DNA of 64,000 nucleotides from an uncultured delta proteobacterium. GTDB taxonomy: Bacteria > Desulfobacterota > Desulfobacteria > Desulfobacterales > JAFDCJ01. The stretch spans positions 448,001 to 512,000 of the forward strand of contig CAVYNY010000022.1 in assembly GCA_963769935.1 (NCBI GenBank). The letters run 5' to 3'. This document shows, in pieces, positions 21,711 to 32,064 of the stretch. The position numbers and the translations under genes are program-made. How positions within the stretch are numbered: position 1 is the stretch's first letter; each line of letters starts with the position of its first letter. The notes beneath the pieces were generated by a model, which saw nothing but the letters and a program-made list of their open reading frames with translations, was not told where the DNA came from and did no database searches.

Positions 21711-23051
21711 ATGGATTCTGCATTAATTCCCAGAGGCGTTAAACGCTGTCCGGCCTGGCAATTCTACCTGGGGATCGGACCCGTCACAGTCGTCCTTCTG
21801 TGGGGCGTTTTGGCCATGTTGCTGGTTTATTTCAAGGGCCTCAATCAAACCAACATGAACAACGCTTATGGGTTCGCCTTGTGGATCTGGGCTGATCTGG
21901 CGATTATCGCCCTGGGAGGCGGCGCTTTTTTCACCGGGTTATTGCGATACATCATCGGCAAGGATCAACTGAAAAACATCGTCAATTTTGCCGTTCTGGT
22001 CGGATTTTACTGCTACGTATCGGCGCTGATGATCCTGGGTTTTGATGTCGGTCAACCCCTGCGGGGCTGGTATATTTTCTGGCATGCCAATGTTCACTCC
22101 ATGCTCACCGAGGTGGCCTTCTGTCTGACCTGCTACCTAGGGGTGCTTACCATCGAGTATGTACCGCTGATCCTTGAAAATCGGCAAATCAACAGAGTGC
22201 CCTTTTTTCACAACCTGGGCCACAACATGCACGAGATTATGGCCGTCTTTGCCGCCACCGGCGCCTTTCTTTCCTTCTTCCATCAGGGATCCCTGGGCGG
22301 CGTACCCGGCGTGTTATTTGCCCGCCCCTTTGGGTACCGGACAGGAATTTTCGTGTGGCCGTGGACTTTCTTCTTATTCACCTGGTCGGCGGCCGCCTGT
22401 GGTCCCTGTTTCACGATTTTGATTACCAAGATCACCGAAACCATAACCCGCAAAAAGCTGGTTAAGGACAACGTCATCGAATTGCTGGCCAAGATTTCCG
22501 GCTGGATGATCGCCACTTATATCGTCGCCAAAATTATCGACACTATTTATTGGGCTACCGTAACAGCGCCCTCCAAGGGCTTTACGTTTTTGGACTTTTA
22601 CACGAACAATCCCGGGTCGGCTTATGGATTATGGATCCTGATCGCCGAATTTGCCTGTTTTATCATTCCGGCTGCCTTTCTGATTACGGATCGGGGCCGC
22701 AAAAACCAGGGGACCTTGTGGCTGGCAGTGATCCTGGCCGTCTTGGGTGTCTGTTTGAATCGGTGGGTGATGGTGCTGCAGGTGCTGGCCGCCCCGGTAT
22801 TGACATTTGAAAAATGGGTGCCGTATTTGCCGAGCTGGCAGGAAATAGCGACAACCATTCTGCCCGTGGCGCTGGGGACTATAATGGTATCCCTGTCTTA
22901 TCGCTACCTGCCGATCTTCCCCCAGGAACCGGAATTAAATCCGATCGAACCGCAGGCGGATCTGGATGATATTTCGAGAGCGGAAACCGTCGGGAGCCAG
23001 GCAGAGCAGGCGCAGGCACCGGAAGGGAAGCCGGAACCGGCGCAGGCATAG
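21711..23051 (+). CDS. qrcD: Menaquinone reductase NrfD-type membrane subunit QrcD
   Basis: Polytopic; DVGQPLRGW, SMLTEV, SFFHQGSLGG, YLPSWQE. Confidence 0.92.
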   Translation: MDSALIPRGVKRCPAWQFYLGIGPVTVVLLWGVLAMLLVYFKGLNQTNMNNAYGFALWIWADLAIIALGGGAFFTGLLRYIIGKDQLKNIVNFAVLVGFYCYVSALMILGFDVGQPLRGWYIFWHANVHSMLTEVAFCLTCYLGVLTIEYVPLILENRQINRVPFFHNLGHNMHEIMAVFAATGAFLSFFHQGSLGGVPGVLFARPFGYRTGIFVWPWTFFLFTWSAAACGPCFTILITKITETITRKKLVKDNVIELLAKISGWMIATYIVAKIIDTIYWATVTAPSKGFTFLDFYTNNPGSAYGLWILIAEFACFIIPAAFLITDRGRKNQGTLWLAVILAVLGVCLNRWVMVLQVLAAPVLTFEKWVPYLPSWQEIATTILPVALGTIMVSLSYRYLPIFPQEPELNPIEPQADLDDISRAETVGSQAEQAQAPEGKPEPAQA

Positions 23052-23085
23052 GAATTTGGAACGCTTTTTTTAATGGAGGAAAATA

Positions 23086-23247
23086 ATGTTTCCATTTCAA
23101 TTTGAATGGATTTGGGATGCCGGACATATGTTGTTTATGGGCGGTCTGTGGTACGCGCTGTCGATCCTTGGGCTGGGGCTGACCTACTGCATACTCAAAG
23201 CGGCATACAATACATCTAAAAAAGGTAAAGGCACGCCGCATCATTAG
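23086..23247 (+). CDS. Small membrane protein (53 aa) directly after qrcD
   Basis: Below the ORF-track cutoff. GGAGGA RBS, then MFPFQFEWIWDAGHMLFMGGLWYALSILGLGLTYCILKAAYNTSKKGKGTPHH*; lies before the terminator. Confidence 0.8.
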   Translation: MFPFQFEWIWDAGHMLFMGGLWYALSILGLGLTYCILKAAYNTSKKGKGTPHH

Positions 23248-23269
23248 AATTGCGACATCATCGACTTCG

Positions 23270-23313
23270 AAGAGCGCTTATCCCGGTTCAAAATGGGAAG
23301 AGCGCTTTTTTTT
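23270..23313 (+). terminator. Intrinsic terminator ending the qrc operon
   Basis: AAGAGCGCTTATCCC...GGGAAGAGCGCTTTTTTTT hairpin with U-tract. Confidence 0.75.
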
Positions 23314-23383
23314 GACTTTACTTTTCAGACGCGCCTATGGAATAGTGCATTAATGGACCGGTTCTAACAGAATTGAGGTTTAC

Positions 23384-24634
23384 ATGGACAAAATCATTGT
23401 CAGAGGCGGCCGTCCCCTTACAGGTGAGGTTAAAATCAGCGGAGCTAAAAATGCGGCCCTGCCGATATTGTTTTCTTCCCTGTTAACCGAAGGGGTCAAC
23501 ACGTACGCCAATGTGCCCGATCTGAGAGATATTCTCAGTACAAACCTGTTGTTGACAAAACTCGGGGCGGATGTCGAAATCCAGAATAATACGGTTCGAA
23601 TTGATACCGGAGGTTTAATTCATCATGAAGCCCCTTATGACCTGGTACGAAAAATGCGGGCTTCGATTCTGGTCTTGGGGCCGCTATTGGCCCGACTGGG
23701 CAAAGCCAGGGTGTCCCTGCCGGGCGGGTGTGCCATCGGCGCGCGTCCCATAAATTTGCATTTAAAAGGCCTGACCGCCCTCGGCGCCTCTATCGATCTG
23801 AAACATGGCTATGTAGAAGCCTCCGCCGAACGATTGAAGGGGGCTGATATTTACTTTGATATCGTCACCGTCACCGGGACCGAGAACCTGATGATGGCAG
23901 CTGTGACGGCGAAAGGCACCACTGTGCTGCGCAATGCCGCACGTGAACCTGAAATTGTGGCCCTGGCGGATACATTAACGAAAATGGGAGCCGATATCCA
24001 GGGCGCCGGAACTTCGGTCATCACGATCAACGGGGTATCCGAGCTCAAGCCGGTTGAAACCGCGATTATTCCGGATCGAATCGAAACCGGCACATTTATC
24101 ATGTCCGCCATCCTGACCAAAGGCAATGTTACCCTGCTGGATTGCGAACCGGATCATGTCCGCGCGCTGATCAACAAGCTGCGGCTGGCCGGCGCGGAAA
24201 TTGAGACGGCCGCCAAGACCATCCATGCGACGATCAAGGGCGAGGTCGCCAGCGTTGATATTAAAACCCAGCCCTACCCGGGATTCCCGACGGATATGCA
24301 GGCCCAGTTTATGGTGCTGATGAGTATTGCTGAAGGCACCAGCACGATATCGGAGACAATTTTTGAAAACCGCTTTATCCATGTCAGCGAACTGCAGCGG
24401 ATGGGGGCGGATATCGAGGTGGACGGCAATGTCGCCATTGTCAAAGGGGTCGGACATCTTTCGGGCGCCCAGGTGATGGCTACCGATCTCAGGGCCAGCG
24501 CATCGCTCATTCTGGCCGGCCTGGTGGCGGACGGCACAACGGAAATCAGCCGGGTCTATCATTTGGATCGCGGCTATGAGGGCATCGAGAAAAAGTTTGC
24601 CGGCCTGGGGGCGGATATACAGAGGGTTGAGTAG
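23384..24634 (+). CDS. murA: UDP-N-acetylglucosamine 1-carboxyvinyltransferase
   Basis: [20 protein letters not shown] (catalytic Cys), [18 protein letters not shown]. Confidence 0.98.
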   Translation: MDKIIVRGGRPLTGEVKISGAKNAALPILFSSLLTEGVNTYANVPDLRDILSTNLLLTKLGADVEIQNNTVRIDTGGLIHHEAPYDLVRKMRASILVLGPLLARLGKARVSLPGGCAIGARPINLHLKGLTALGASIDLKHGYVEASAERLKGADIYFDIVTVTGTENLMMAAVTAKGTTVLRNAAREPEIVALADTLTKMGADIQGAGTSVITINGVSELKPVETAIIPDRIETGTFIMSAILTKGNVTLLDCEPDHVRALINKLRLAGAEIETAAKTIHATIKGEVASVDIKTQPYPGFPTDMQAQFMVLMSIAEGTSTISETIFENRFIHVSELQRMGADIEVDGNVAIVKGVGHLSGAQVMATDLRASASLILAGLVADGTTEISRVYHLDRGYEGIEKKFAGLGADIQRVE

Positions 24635-24747
24635 CTTCCGGGTTAGGCCATGTGGCTTTTTTAACAAACTGTTGCAATTAACGATAGCCTGAAAATGATA
24701 TCAGATTCAATACTATATGCTGGGCGTTCGATATTAAAAGCGCATTA

Positions 24748-24849
24748 GTTTTTTTTCGATTTGGCTGGCCGTCCGACTAAAGCGCTTAAATTTTAGCCGC
24801 CAGCGGCACCCCGCTGACACCTGAAACCTGAAACCCGAAACCTGAAACC
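24748..24849. repeat. Copy of the CTGACACCTGAAACC heptamer repeat family
   Basis: TTTTTCGAT..GGCCG..GCCGCCAGCGGC..GCTGACACCTGAAACCTGAAACCCGAAACCTGAAACC, matching 2171-2227. Confidence 0.7.
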
Positions 24850-24928
24850 ATCCATCGGTCCTACGGAGTCTCATAAGCGAGTTTATTGTGTCTTTAACTC
24901 GCAAACCGAGTCGAGGAATCCGACCATC

Positions 24929-27532
24929 ATGACCCCTGCCATTTATTTTCGTCCCGCGATTCCGCTGTTGATTTCCTTAATATGCGGCATCCTGGTCGGT
25001 TCCGAATGGACCGGGTTTGGAATTTGGGTCTGGACGGTTCTTTTCACCAGCGCCGCCTGCAGTTTGCTTCTCATCTACCGCAAGATACCTGCGGCGATTT
25101 TGCCGCTCGTGCTGTTTTTCTCATTGGGCTACCTGGCTATCTCTCCCTGGGTGTCTCCCGTTTTTCCCGGCAATCATATCATTCGCTATGCCGGCGCCGA
25201 GCGATGGGATATTACCGGCCGGCTTGACAGCCGTCCGGAGACGGTGAATCATCGAACCAGATTCATTTTGCGGGCCCACTCGCTCGGCAATGGCCGGCGG
25301 GACCGGCCTGTGATCGGAAAATTGCAGGTCAGTGCAGTGGGAAAGCTGCCGGAGCTTGCCGCCGGAGACACCATTTTATTTAAAAGCCGCATCCGACTGA
25401 TCGCCAACTTTAAAAATCCCGCTGGTTTTGATTACCGCAGATACATGGCCTATAAAGGAATTTGGGCCGGTGCGTACGTGAGCGGCAAAAATCTGGTTGT
25501 TATCGAGAAAAATCAATCTTCAGATCTGTTTCACTTCATAGATAATGTGCGTCGCACTTTTTCCGGTCTGATCGAAAATTCAGGGGTCCCCGAAGCACAG
25601 GCTGTATTAAAAGCGCTTATTATCGGTGATCGATCGCAAATTTCTCCGCCAACCAGGCAACGCTTTAATCGGGCCGGGGTAGGCCACCTGTTGGCGATAT
25701 CGGGGCTTCACGTCGGAATTGTGGCCACGGTGGCATTTTTCTTTTTTCAAGGATTAATGGTCCGGGTAAAGCCGCTGCTGTGGCGGGCCTGGACTCGTAA
25801 AGCCGCGGCCGTCTTCTCACTGCTGCCGGTGATTGCCTACGGGCTTATTGCGGGCTTTTCGCCCTCCACCCAGCGTGCCGTAATCATGATAGCGGTTTTT
25901 TTAATGACTTTTATATTTCAAAGAGAGCAGGATTCCCTGAACACCCTGGCACTGGCTGCTTTGGTGATTCTGGTGGCGGATCCGCCATCGCTTTTTTCAA
26001 TTTCTTTTCAACTTTCTTTTTCAGCTGTTTTTGCCATTATCTATGGATTTTCCTGGCTGCAGAATCGGCCGGCGGTGCAAGGAGAGCGGCTGAAGGATAG
26101 CTGGCCTTTGCGTTTTAGAAGCAAACTGGCCGCATTTTTTTTGGTCTCTTTTTTTGCCGTTTGCGGCAGTCTGCCGCTGGTGGCTTACTATTTCAACCAG
26201 ATCTCCGTGGTCGGCCTCGCCGCCAACATCATTGTCGTTCCGCTGGTCGGATTTCTCACGATTCCCCTGGGACTGGCGGCCCTTTTTGCAATGCCGCTCA
26301 GTGTGCCCGTCGCCTCCTGGTGTATTCGTGCCGGCACCATGATTCTGGCCTTTGCGCTGGACATCGTTAAATTTTTTGCCGATTTGCCCTTTGCGGCGGT
26401 CAAAATTGTCACCCCCGGTTTTTTTGAAATCGGATGCTTTTATATCTTAGGCTGGACCCTGTTAAATTTCTATCACCGGGGGCCGAAGGTGACATCCCCA
26501 CCCCAAACTTCCGGCGCTGCCGCCGGCCCAATCATGCCGGATGATCGTGGTGATTGCCTGCGGGACGACGATTCCGGGTTTAGGTCTTCGCTCGGGCGAT
26601 CCCCCGGTTGGAAAATCAACTGGATTTCGACAAGCCGCCTGGCAAAAATAGCCGGGGTGCTGGTTCTGCTCGTACTCGCGGCTGATATAAGCTACTGGAT
26701 GTATCAGCGATTTTGGCACAAAGACCTGAGAGTAACGGTGATCGATGTCGGCAACGGCCTGGCTTCGCTGCTGGAATTGCCCGGCGGACGGACCATTTTG
26801 ATCGATGGCGGTGGATTTTCAGACAATGCCGCTTTTGATGTGGGTGCGAGAGTTCTGGCCCCCTTATTGTGGCGCAAAAAAATACGGACCGTGGACACTT
26901 TAATTCTTTCGCATCCCGATAGTGATCATCTGAACGGTCTTATATACATTGCCGATAATTTTCATGTCAAAAATATCTGGACCAACGATGAGCCCGTCGA
27001 TACACTGGGTTATGCCCTGCTCATGAACGTTGTTGCCGGCAGAGGAATTTCCCGGCCGCTGTTTGAGGATATGCCCCGCCAATACAGAATCGAAGACGTC
27101 AAGCTGAATTTTTTATACCCGCCGCGTGATTTCCTGCAAAAGAAAAATTCGGAAAAATGGCGCAATTCAAACAACAATTCCCTGGTGGTGAAAGTATCCT
27201 TGGGTGAAACCTCATTTCTTTTTCCCGGTGATATTATGGCCGAGGCGGAAGCCGAAATCGTGCGATTGGCCGGCAATAAATTATCCAGCACAGTCTTGAT
27301 CGCTCCGCATCACGGCAGCACAACTTCGAGCACCAGCCATTTTTTAGATGAAGTTAATCCCGCGGTCATCATTATATCTTCCGGGCGGAACAGTCGATTC
27401 AAATTGCCCAACCCCACGGTTTTAAAGAGATACCAAAAGCTGGGCTGCGCAATCTGGCGTACCGACATCCACGGTGCCATCCGGATGTCTACCGATGGTC
27501 GGCATCTCGAAGTAAGACCATTTGAAAGGTAA
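24929..27532 (+). CDS. comEC: DNA internalization competence protein ComEC/Rec2
   Basis: NPAGFDY, HLLAISGLHVG, SFQLSF, MBL domain DVGNG / SHPDSDHLNG / PHHGS. Confidence 0.95.
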   Translation: MTPAIYFRPAIPLLISLICGILVGSEWTGFGIWVWTVLFTSAACSLLLIYRKIPAAILPLVLFFSLGYLAISPWVSPVFPGNHIIRYAGAERWDITGRLDSRPETVNHRTRFILRAHSLGNGRRDRPVIGKLQVSAVGKLPELAAGDTILFKSRIRLIANFKNPAGFDYRRYMAYKGIWAGAYVSGKNLVVIEKNQSSDLFHFIDNVRRTFSGLIENSGVPEAQAVLKALIIGDRSQISPPTRQRFNRAGVGHLLAISGLHVGIVATVAFFFFQGLMVRVKPLLWRAWTRKAAAVFSLLPVIAYGLIAGFSPSTQRAVIMIAVFLMTFIFQREQDSLNTLALAALVILVADPPSLFSISFQLSFSAVFAIIYGFSWLQNRPAVQGERLKDSWPLRFRSKLAAFFLVSFFAVCGSLPLVAYYFNQISVVGLAANIIVVPLVGFLTIPLGLAALFAMPLSVPVASWCIRAGTMILAFALDIVKFFADLPFAAVKIVTPGFFEIGCFYILGWTLLNFYHRGPKVTSPPQTSGAAAGPIMPDDRGDCLRDDDSGFRSSLGRSPGWKINWISTSRLAKIAGVLVLLVLAADISYWMYQRFWHKDLRVTVIDVGNGLASLLELPGGRTILIDGGGFSDNAAFDVGARVLAPLLWRKKIRTVDTLILSHPDSDHLNGLIYIADNFHVKNIWTNDEPVDTLGYALLMNVVAGRGISRPLFEDMPRQYRIEDVKLNFLYPPRDFLQKKNSEKWRNSNNNSLVVKVSLGETSFLFPGDIMAEAEAEIVRLAGNKLSSTVLIAPHHGSTTSSTSHFLDEVNPAVIIISSGRNSRFKLPNPTVLKRYQKLGCAIWRTDIHGAIRMSTDGRHLEVRPFER

Positions 27533-27546
27533 TTAAATCGTTTAAT

Positions 27547-27879
27547 ATGGCGAAGAGATTTGTTATAATTTTGACAGTGGCGCTGGTTCATTTCGGGTTG
27601 AGCATTCTGGTGGTCGCAACCTCCATGTCGGTTGCAACCGCTATCAACCCGGTGCAGCCGGAACCGTCGCCGATCTTTCGAATTCTTGTTATGGCGACCC
27701 GGATTTTGCATTTTCCGATTATATCTCTTTCGCTCTACTCCAGACAGTGGTTTCCGGGAAACTTGGTTTATGTGCCTATTTTCATCAACAGTATCTTATG
27801 GGCCACGGGGATATATTTATTATTTTTGCTGGTCAAAAAAATAATAGAGAAAGATAAAAATGGAAAAGGAAACCGTTGA
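27547..27879 (+). CDS. Hypothetical membrane protein
   Basis: 110 aa with 2-3 hydrophobic segments; overlaps the next gene's start. Confidence 0.65.
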   Translation: MAKRFVIILTVALVHFGLSILVVATSMSVATAINPVQPEPSPIFRILVMATRILHFPIISLSLYSRQWFPGNLVYVPIFINSILWATGIYLLFLLVKKIIEKDKNGKGNR

Positions 27880-28609
27880 AATTTTGTCGGATGCCATCAA
27901 GGAATATTACGGCGATTATGAACTCGAGGAACTATGCTCGCGGTTCGGCCTGAAAATCGAGTTTGAGGGGGTTCATCCCAACCACCGCAAACTCGTCAAT
28001 CAATTGGTCGCCCAGAAATATCGCGATAACTACCACCGATTTCTTAAGACAATACTGCCCAAGCTGTTAAGTCGCTGTGAAGAGCGGATACTTAACACTA
28101 CCTGGGAGGTCAACGTCTTTGATGAACATATGCGGCCTCAGCTGGAAAGGCTTCAGAATTTTTTCGAGGGTCAAAACAGGTCCGACCCGATAGAGCAATC
28201 CGCGAATCGCTTTTTTACCGGCCGGGCGCGGCTGGCTGAATTTCTAAGGCGCACCAAAACAGCCCTTTCGATCGTGGACACGCGAGTCGACAAAACGACG
28301 TTTGATTGTTTCAAGGGGATCCGAACGCCCATTCGATTGCTCATCGGTCAGGGGGAGAAGGAGATCATCGATAGCATCGGCGACAGTTTAGGTGAGTTTC
28401 GTGGCCAGGGGCATGAGATTGAAATCCGGCGGCACCTGAAGCTTAATGATCGATTTATTATTTTTAACGGCCGGTGTTGGATGGCCAGCTGTTCGCTGGC
28501 GGATGTGGATCAGGTCACTTTGAGTATTATTGAGTGTGTGGACACCAAGCCCGTTGTCGTTAAAGAGATCGGACGCAAATGGCGTGAAAGCAAGGTGTTT
28601 TTGGGTTAA
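27860..28609 (+). CDS. Hypothetical protein with helical N-terminus and a C-terminal PLD-like fold
   Basis: 249 aa. C-terminal IVD...IRLL...EIRRHLKLNDRFIIFNGRCW resembles the HDRFII motif of PLD-like domains. Confidence 0.65.
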   Translation: MEKETVEILSDAIKEYYGDYELEELCSRFGLKIEFEGVHPNHRKLVNQLVAQKYRDNYHRFLKTILPKLLSRCEERILNTTWEVNVFDEHMRPQLERLQNFFEGQNRSDPIEQSANRFFTGRARLAEFLRRTKTALSIVDTRVDKTTFDCFKGIRTPIRLLIGQGEKEIIDSIGDSLGEFRGQGHEIEIRRHLKLNDRFIIFNGRCWMASCSLADVDQVTLSIIECVDTKPVVVKEIGRKWRESKVFLG

Positions 28610-28615
28610 TAGTCG

Positions 28616-28809
28616 AAAATGCCTAAAATTACAAAATGCCTAAAGTGCCTAAAATTATGGTGTCGCTGCGCTCCGTCCTTTTTATTTATGCTTGCAGCTT
28701 TAATCAGGGAAAATGAAGAAAATAGCCGATTTTGCATTTCTATTTACTTAAAATCGACAGAATTCCTCAACTTTAGGCATTTTAGGCATTTTGTAATTTT
28801 AGGCATTAC
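28616..28809. repeat. Palindromic intergenic element (TGCCTAAA repeats) between convergent genes
   Basis: AATGCCTAAAATTACAAAATGCCTAAAGTGCCTAAA ... TTTAGGCATTTTAGGCATTTTGTAATTTTAGGCATT: near-perfect ~36-bp inverted arms. Confidence 0.85.
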
Positions 28810-28872
28810 TACGAGTAGATTCCCCTCTAAATTTAGGATATCCACAAAACGCCCTGCGCCTTATTTAAATAC

Positions 28873-29478
28873 CTAATCCATAGCCGCCGCTACTTCATAG
28901 CCCTGCTTTTCAAGAGCCTTTTTGATAACCCCGGTCTTGCAGGCTGACAGCCTGAAATAATATATTCGCTTGCCGCTTTGCTGCGAGGTCATTCCGACGT
29001 TGATAATGTCCCCGCCCTTATCGTTAATAATTTGCAGCGCTTTTTTTAAACTGCCGGGTTTATCGTCGATGACCACATCAATGCGGGAGGTAGACGAAAG
29101 TATCCCCATCATATCAATAAAGGTTCGCAGGATATCCGTGGCCGTGATGATACCCACGAGCTGCTTGCCCTTCAGCACCGGCATGCCGCCGATTTTATTT
29201 TTGTAAATGAGCTGAGCGGCGATTTCAATATCGTCATCCGGGCCAACCGTAATCGGATCTTTTATCATTAAGTCCTGCAGTGTCAAATCCCCCAGCATTG
29301 AAGGGATAAGGCCCTGTTTCAAATCGGCCAGCGTCAGGAAGCCTTGCAGCATATTGCTCTCTGCAACCACCGGCAGATGCCGAATCGAATTGATTTTCAT
29401 CAGCTCGATGGCCTCGCTGATCGTTGCATTGGCGGTGATGCTGATGGGGTCGGGAATCATCAACGAATGGATTTTCAT
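28873..29478 (-). CDS. CBS + ACT domain protein (AcuB-like)
   Basis: Tandem CBS (IRHLPVV, IGGMPV, GIITATD) and C-terminal ACT (DDKPGSL). Confidence 0.9.
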   Translation of the reverse strand: MKIHSLMIPDPISITANATISEAIELMKINSIRHLPVVAESNMLQGFLTLADLKQGLIPSMLGDLTLQDLMIKDPITVGPDDDIEIAAQLIYKNKIGGMPVLKGKQLVGIITATDILRTFIDMMGILSSTSRIDVVIDDKPGSLKKALQIINDKGGDIINVGMTSQQSGKRIYYFRLSACKTGVIKKALEKQGYEVAAAMD

Positions 29479-29560
29479 GGCAGCAACCCTTGTTGAATTG
29501 ACGATTGAAAATTGAAGATTGAATATTTAAGGAATTCTTTATTTCATCATTCGTCGATCG

Positions 29561-30676
29561 TCAATCGTCATTTCTTTGTTTGCGGGGTAAGTAGCTGCAA
29601 AGGGGTTCTTCCGCAAGGTAATCGCCGGTGGCCTCGTACGCTCTGGCCCGGCAGCCACCGCACACCCGCTTGAATTCACAGGGGTTGCATTTGCCCTTCA
29701 GCTTATCATAGTTGCGCAAGTTGGTTAGCACTTCGGCGTGATTCCAGATTTCGGCAAACGATTGTTGACGGACATTGCCGCAGTTTGCGGTCAGAAATCC
29801 GCAGGGCTGGACATCGCCGCGATGGGAAACAAAGCAAAAACCAATTCCGCCCAGGCATCCGCGGGTGACGGCATCCAGTCCATGGGTATTAAACGACACC
29901 GATTTGCCTTCTTTGCCGGCCCTCTGCCTGAGAATGCGGTAGTAATGCGGCGCACAGGTGGCTTTTAGTTCCAGGGGGGTTTTGTCCCGCTGGTCATAAA
30001 ACCAGTTTAAGGTTTCTTCATACTCGGCGGCGCTTATTTCTTTATCGACGATGTATTTACCGCGGCCGGTGGGAACCAGCAGAAAAATATGATGGGCTAC
30101 CGCCCCGAGCCTGACGGCCAGCCGCTGGATTTTAGGAATTTGTTCCAGGTTGGTTTTGGTAATCGTGGTATTTACCTGGAAATCCAGTCCGACCTTTTTG
30201 GCGATTTTCATGGCCGTCACGGCACCTTCAAAGGCACCTTCAACCTTTCTGAAACTGTCATGACTTTGCGGTGTGGCACCATCCAGGCTGATGCTGATCC
30301 GCTTGATGCCCGAATCGATCAACTTTTTAGCAACTGGTTCCGTGATCAGCGTACCGTTGGGCGCCATCACCATCCGCAAGCCTATTTCGGTTCCATAGGC
30401 GGCAATATCGAAGATATCATCCCGCAGCAATGGTTCACCGCCGGTCAATATAACGATGGGCTTGCCAACCTCTGAGATTTGATCCAGCAGCTGCAAAGCT
30501 TCGGTGGTGTCAAGTTCTCCGCTGTGCGGGCCTGTGGTGGCCGAGGCGCGGCAATGAATGCAGGCCAGATTGCAGTTGCGAGTGGTTTCCCAGGCCACCA
30601 GACGCAGCGCCGAAGGCTCGTCTTTTTGGTGGGATTGGGTGGGGGGATTTTCTGATTTTGGTTGTTGTTTTGTCAT
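29561..30676 (-). CDS. ahbD: Heme b synthase AhbD (radical SAM/SPASM)
   Basis: LVAWETTRNCNLACIHCRA, LKATCAPHYYR, SPASM cysteines; linked to hemB and ahbC. Confidence 0.92.
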   Translation of the reverse strand: MTKQQPKSENPPTQSHQKDEPSALRLVAWETTRNCNLACIHCRASATTGPHSGELDTTEALQLLDQISEVGKPIVILTGGEPLLRDDIFDIAAYGTEIGLRMVMAPNGTLITEPVAKKLIDSGIKRISISLDGATPQSHDSFRKVEGAFEGAVTAMKIAKKVGLDFQVNTTITKTNLEQIPKIQRLAVRLGAVAHHIFLLVPTGRGKYIVDKEISAAEYEETLNWFYDQRDKTPLELKATCAPHYYRILRQRAGKEGKSVSFNTHGLDAVTRGCLGGIGFCFVSHRGDVQPCGFLTANCGNVRQQSFAEIWNHAEVLTNLRNYDKLKGKCNPCEFKRVCGGCRARAYEATGDYLAEEPLCSYLPRKQRNDD

Positions 30677-30721
30677 GCTTAACCTAGAATATATTTAAAC
30701 CTGAATCGACCATTTTTTTAC

Positions 30722-31696
30722 TCATGCCTGCAGCGCCCTGGCGGCTTCGATCGCAAAATAGGTCAGGATGAGATCCGCCCCGGCGCGTTTGATGGCCGTA
30801 AGGGTCTCCATCATAACTTTGCTGCCGTCTATCCAGCCCATCTTCTCGGCCGCTTTGATCATGGAAAATTCCCCGCTGACATTGTAGGCGGCCACCGGAA
30901 GGTCGATTTCCTCCCTTACCCGATAGATAATGTCCAGATAGGCCAGGGCGGGTTTGACCATGATAATATCCGCGCCTTCCTCGACGTCCATGGTGACTTC
31001 CCGAATTGCCTCCAGGGCATTGGCCGGGTCCATCTGATAGGTTCGGCGATCGCCGAATTTGGGTGCCGAATCGGCGGCACTGCGAAATGGTCCGTAATAT
31101 GCAGAGCAATACTTGGCGGCGTAAGCCATGATCGCCACCCGACTGAAGTTGCTTTCATCCAGGGTCTCACGGATTTCGGCAATGCGGCCGTCCATCATAT
31201 CCGAAGGTGCGACCATATCGGCCCCCGCTTTGGCATGGGACAGAGCCGTGCGGGCAAGCAGATCCAGGGTGGCATCATTATCGATGCAATCACCTTCCAC
31301 CACACCGCAATGACCGTGATCGGTATACTGACAGAGGCAAACGTCGGTGATCACGACCAGGCCGGGTAATTTATCTTTGGCCGCCTTGACGGCTTTTTGG
31401 ACGATGCCGTTATCGGCGTAAGCCATGGTGCCCAGCGCATCTTTTTTGTCCGGAATGCCGAAGAGGATTATCGCCGGAATCCCGGCATCGTAAGCCTCCT
31501 GCGCTGTTTTAAGAAAATTGTCTATGGACAGTTGAAAATGCCCCGGCATGGATGGTATCGGGTTTTTAACATCGCTGCCGTCTATGACAAAAACCGGCAG
31601 AATCAAATCGTCAACCGTCAGGTTGGTTTCACGAATCATGCGCCGCAGGCCTTCACTTTGCCGCAATCGTCTCGGTCTGTAATCGGGAAAGAGCAT
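30722..31696 (-). CDS. hemB: Porphobilinogen synthase
   Basis: [46 protein letters not shown]. Confidence 0.98.
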   Translation of the reverse strand: MLFPDYRPRRLRQSEGLRRMIRETNLTVDDLILPVFVIDGSDVKNPIPSMPGHFQLSIDNFLKTAQEAYDAGIPAIILFGIPDKKDALGTMAYADNGIVQKAVKAAKDKLPGLVVITDVCLCQYTDHGHCGVVEGDCIDNDATLDLLARTALSHAKAGADMVAPSDMMDGRIAEIRETLDESNFSRVAIMAYAAKYCSAYYGPFRSAADSAPKFGDRRTYQMDPANALEAIREVTMDVEEGADIIMVKPALAYLDIIYRVREEIDLPVAAYNVSGEFSMIKAAEKMGWIDGSKVMMETLTAIKRAGADLILTYFAIEAARALQA

Positions 31697-31770
31697 AAGA
31701 GAATCCTTTTATGTTGGACAAGTTTGTCGGGCAATAACTTGTTTTTCCGCAGGTTAGCTGGGACAAGCCC

Positions 31771-31929
31771 GAAATTCCAAATCACAAATCTCAAATCACA
31801 AATAATATCCAATGATCAAAAACCAAAACTCAAACAAAAGGATGGGACCTTGAATAACAGCAAGTTTCGGTCATTGTGATTTTGAATTTGGAATTTATTT
31901 GATATTTGGTGCTTGCAATTTGGTCATTT
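31771..31929. repeat. AT-rich heptamer-periodic palindromic element (copy 1)
   Basis: AAATTCC AAATCAC AAATCTC AAATCAC left arm; complementary GTGATTTTGAATTTGGAATTTATTTG right arm. An inverted sister copy lies at 50742-50987. Confidence 0.8.
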
Positions 31930-31981
31930 ATGTTAAGTTGCTAACTTTATAGGGTTTATTCAAACATCGAAAACCTGGTCC

Positions 31982-32057
31982 TCTCTCTGAGCTGTAGGCT
32001 CTACGAGCCGGAAGCCGGGCTGTAAGCCTACGGGCAGGAAGCTGGACCAGGACTCTG
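31982..32057. repeat. Dispersed repeat CTCTC.GAGCTGTAGGCTCTACGAGCCGGAAGC
   Basis: Related copies at ~53323-53355 and ~53402-53436. Confidence 0.7.
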
Positions 32058-32064
32058 TGCTTAG

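Noticed and set aside
28619..28876. 85-aa ORF MPKITKCLKCLK...
   Set aside because: Translation of the palindromic repeat; the same applies to 5673-5996, 1752-2120 and 50793-51029.
28616..31929. Periodic repeats as a possible CRISPR array
   Set aside because: No identical 23-47 bp direct repeats with unique spacers, and no cas genes.
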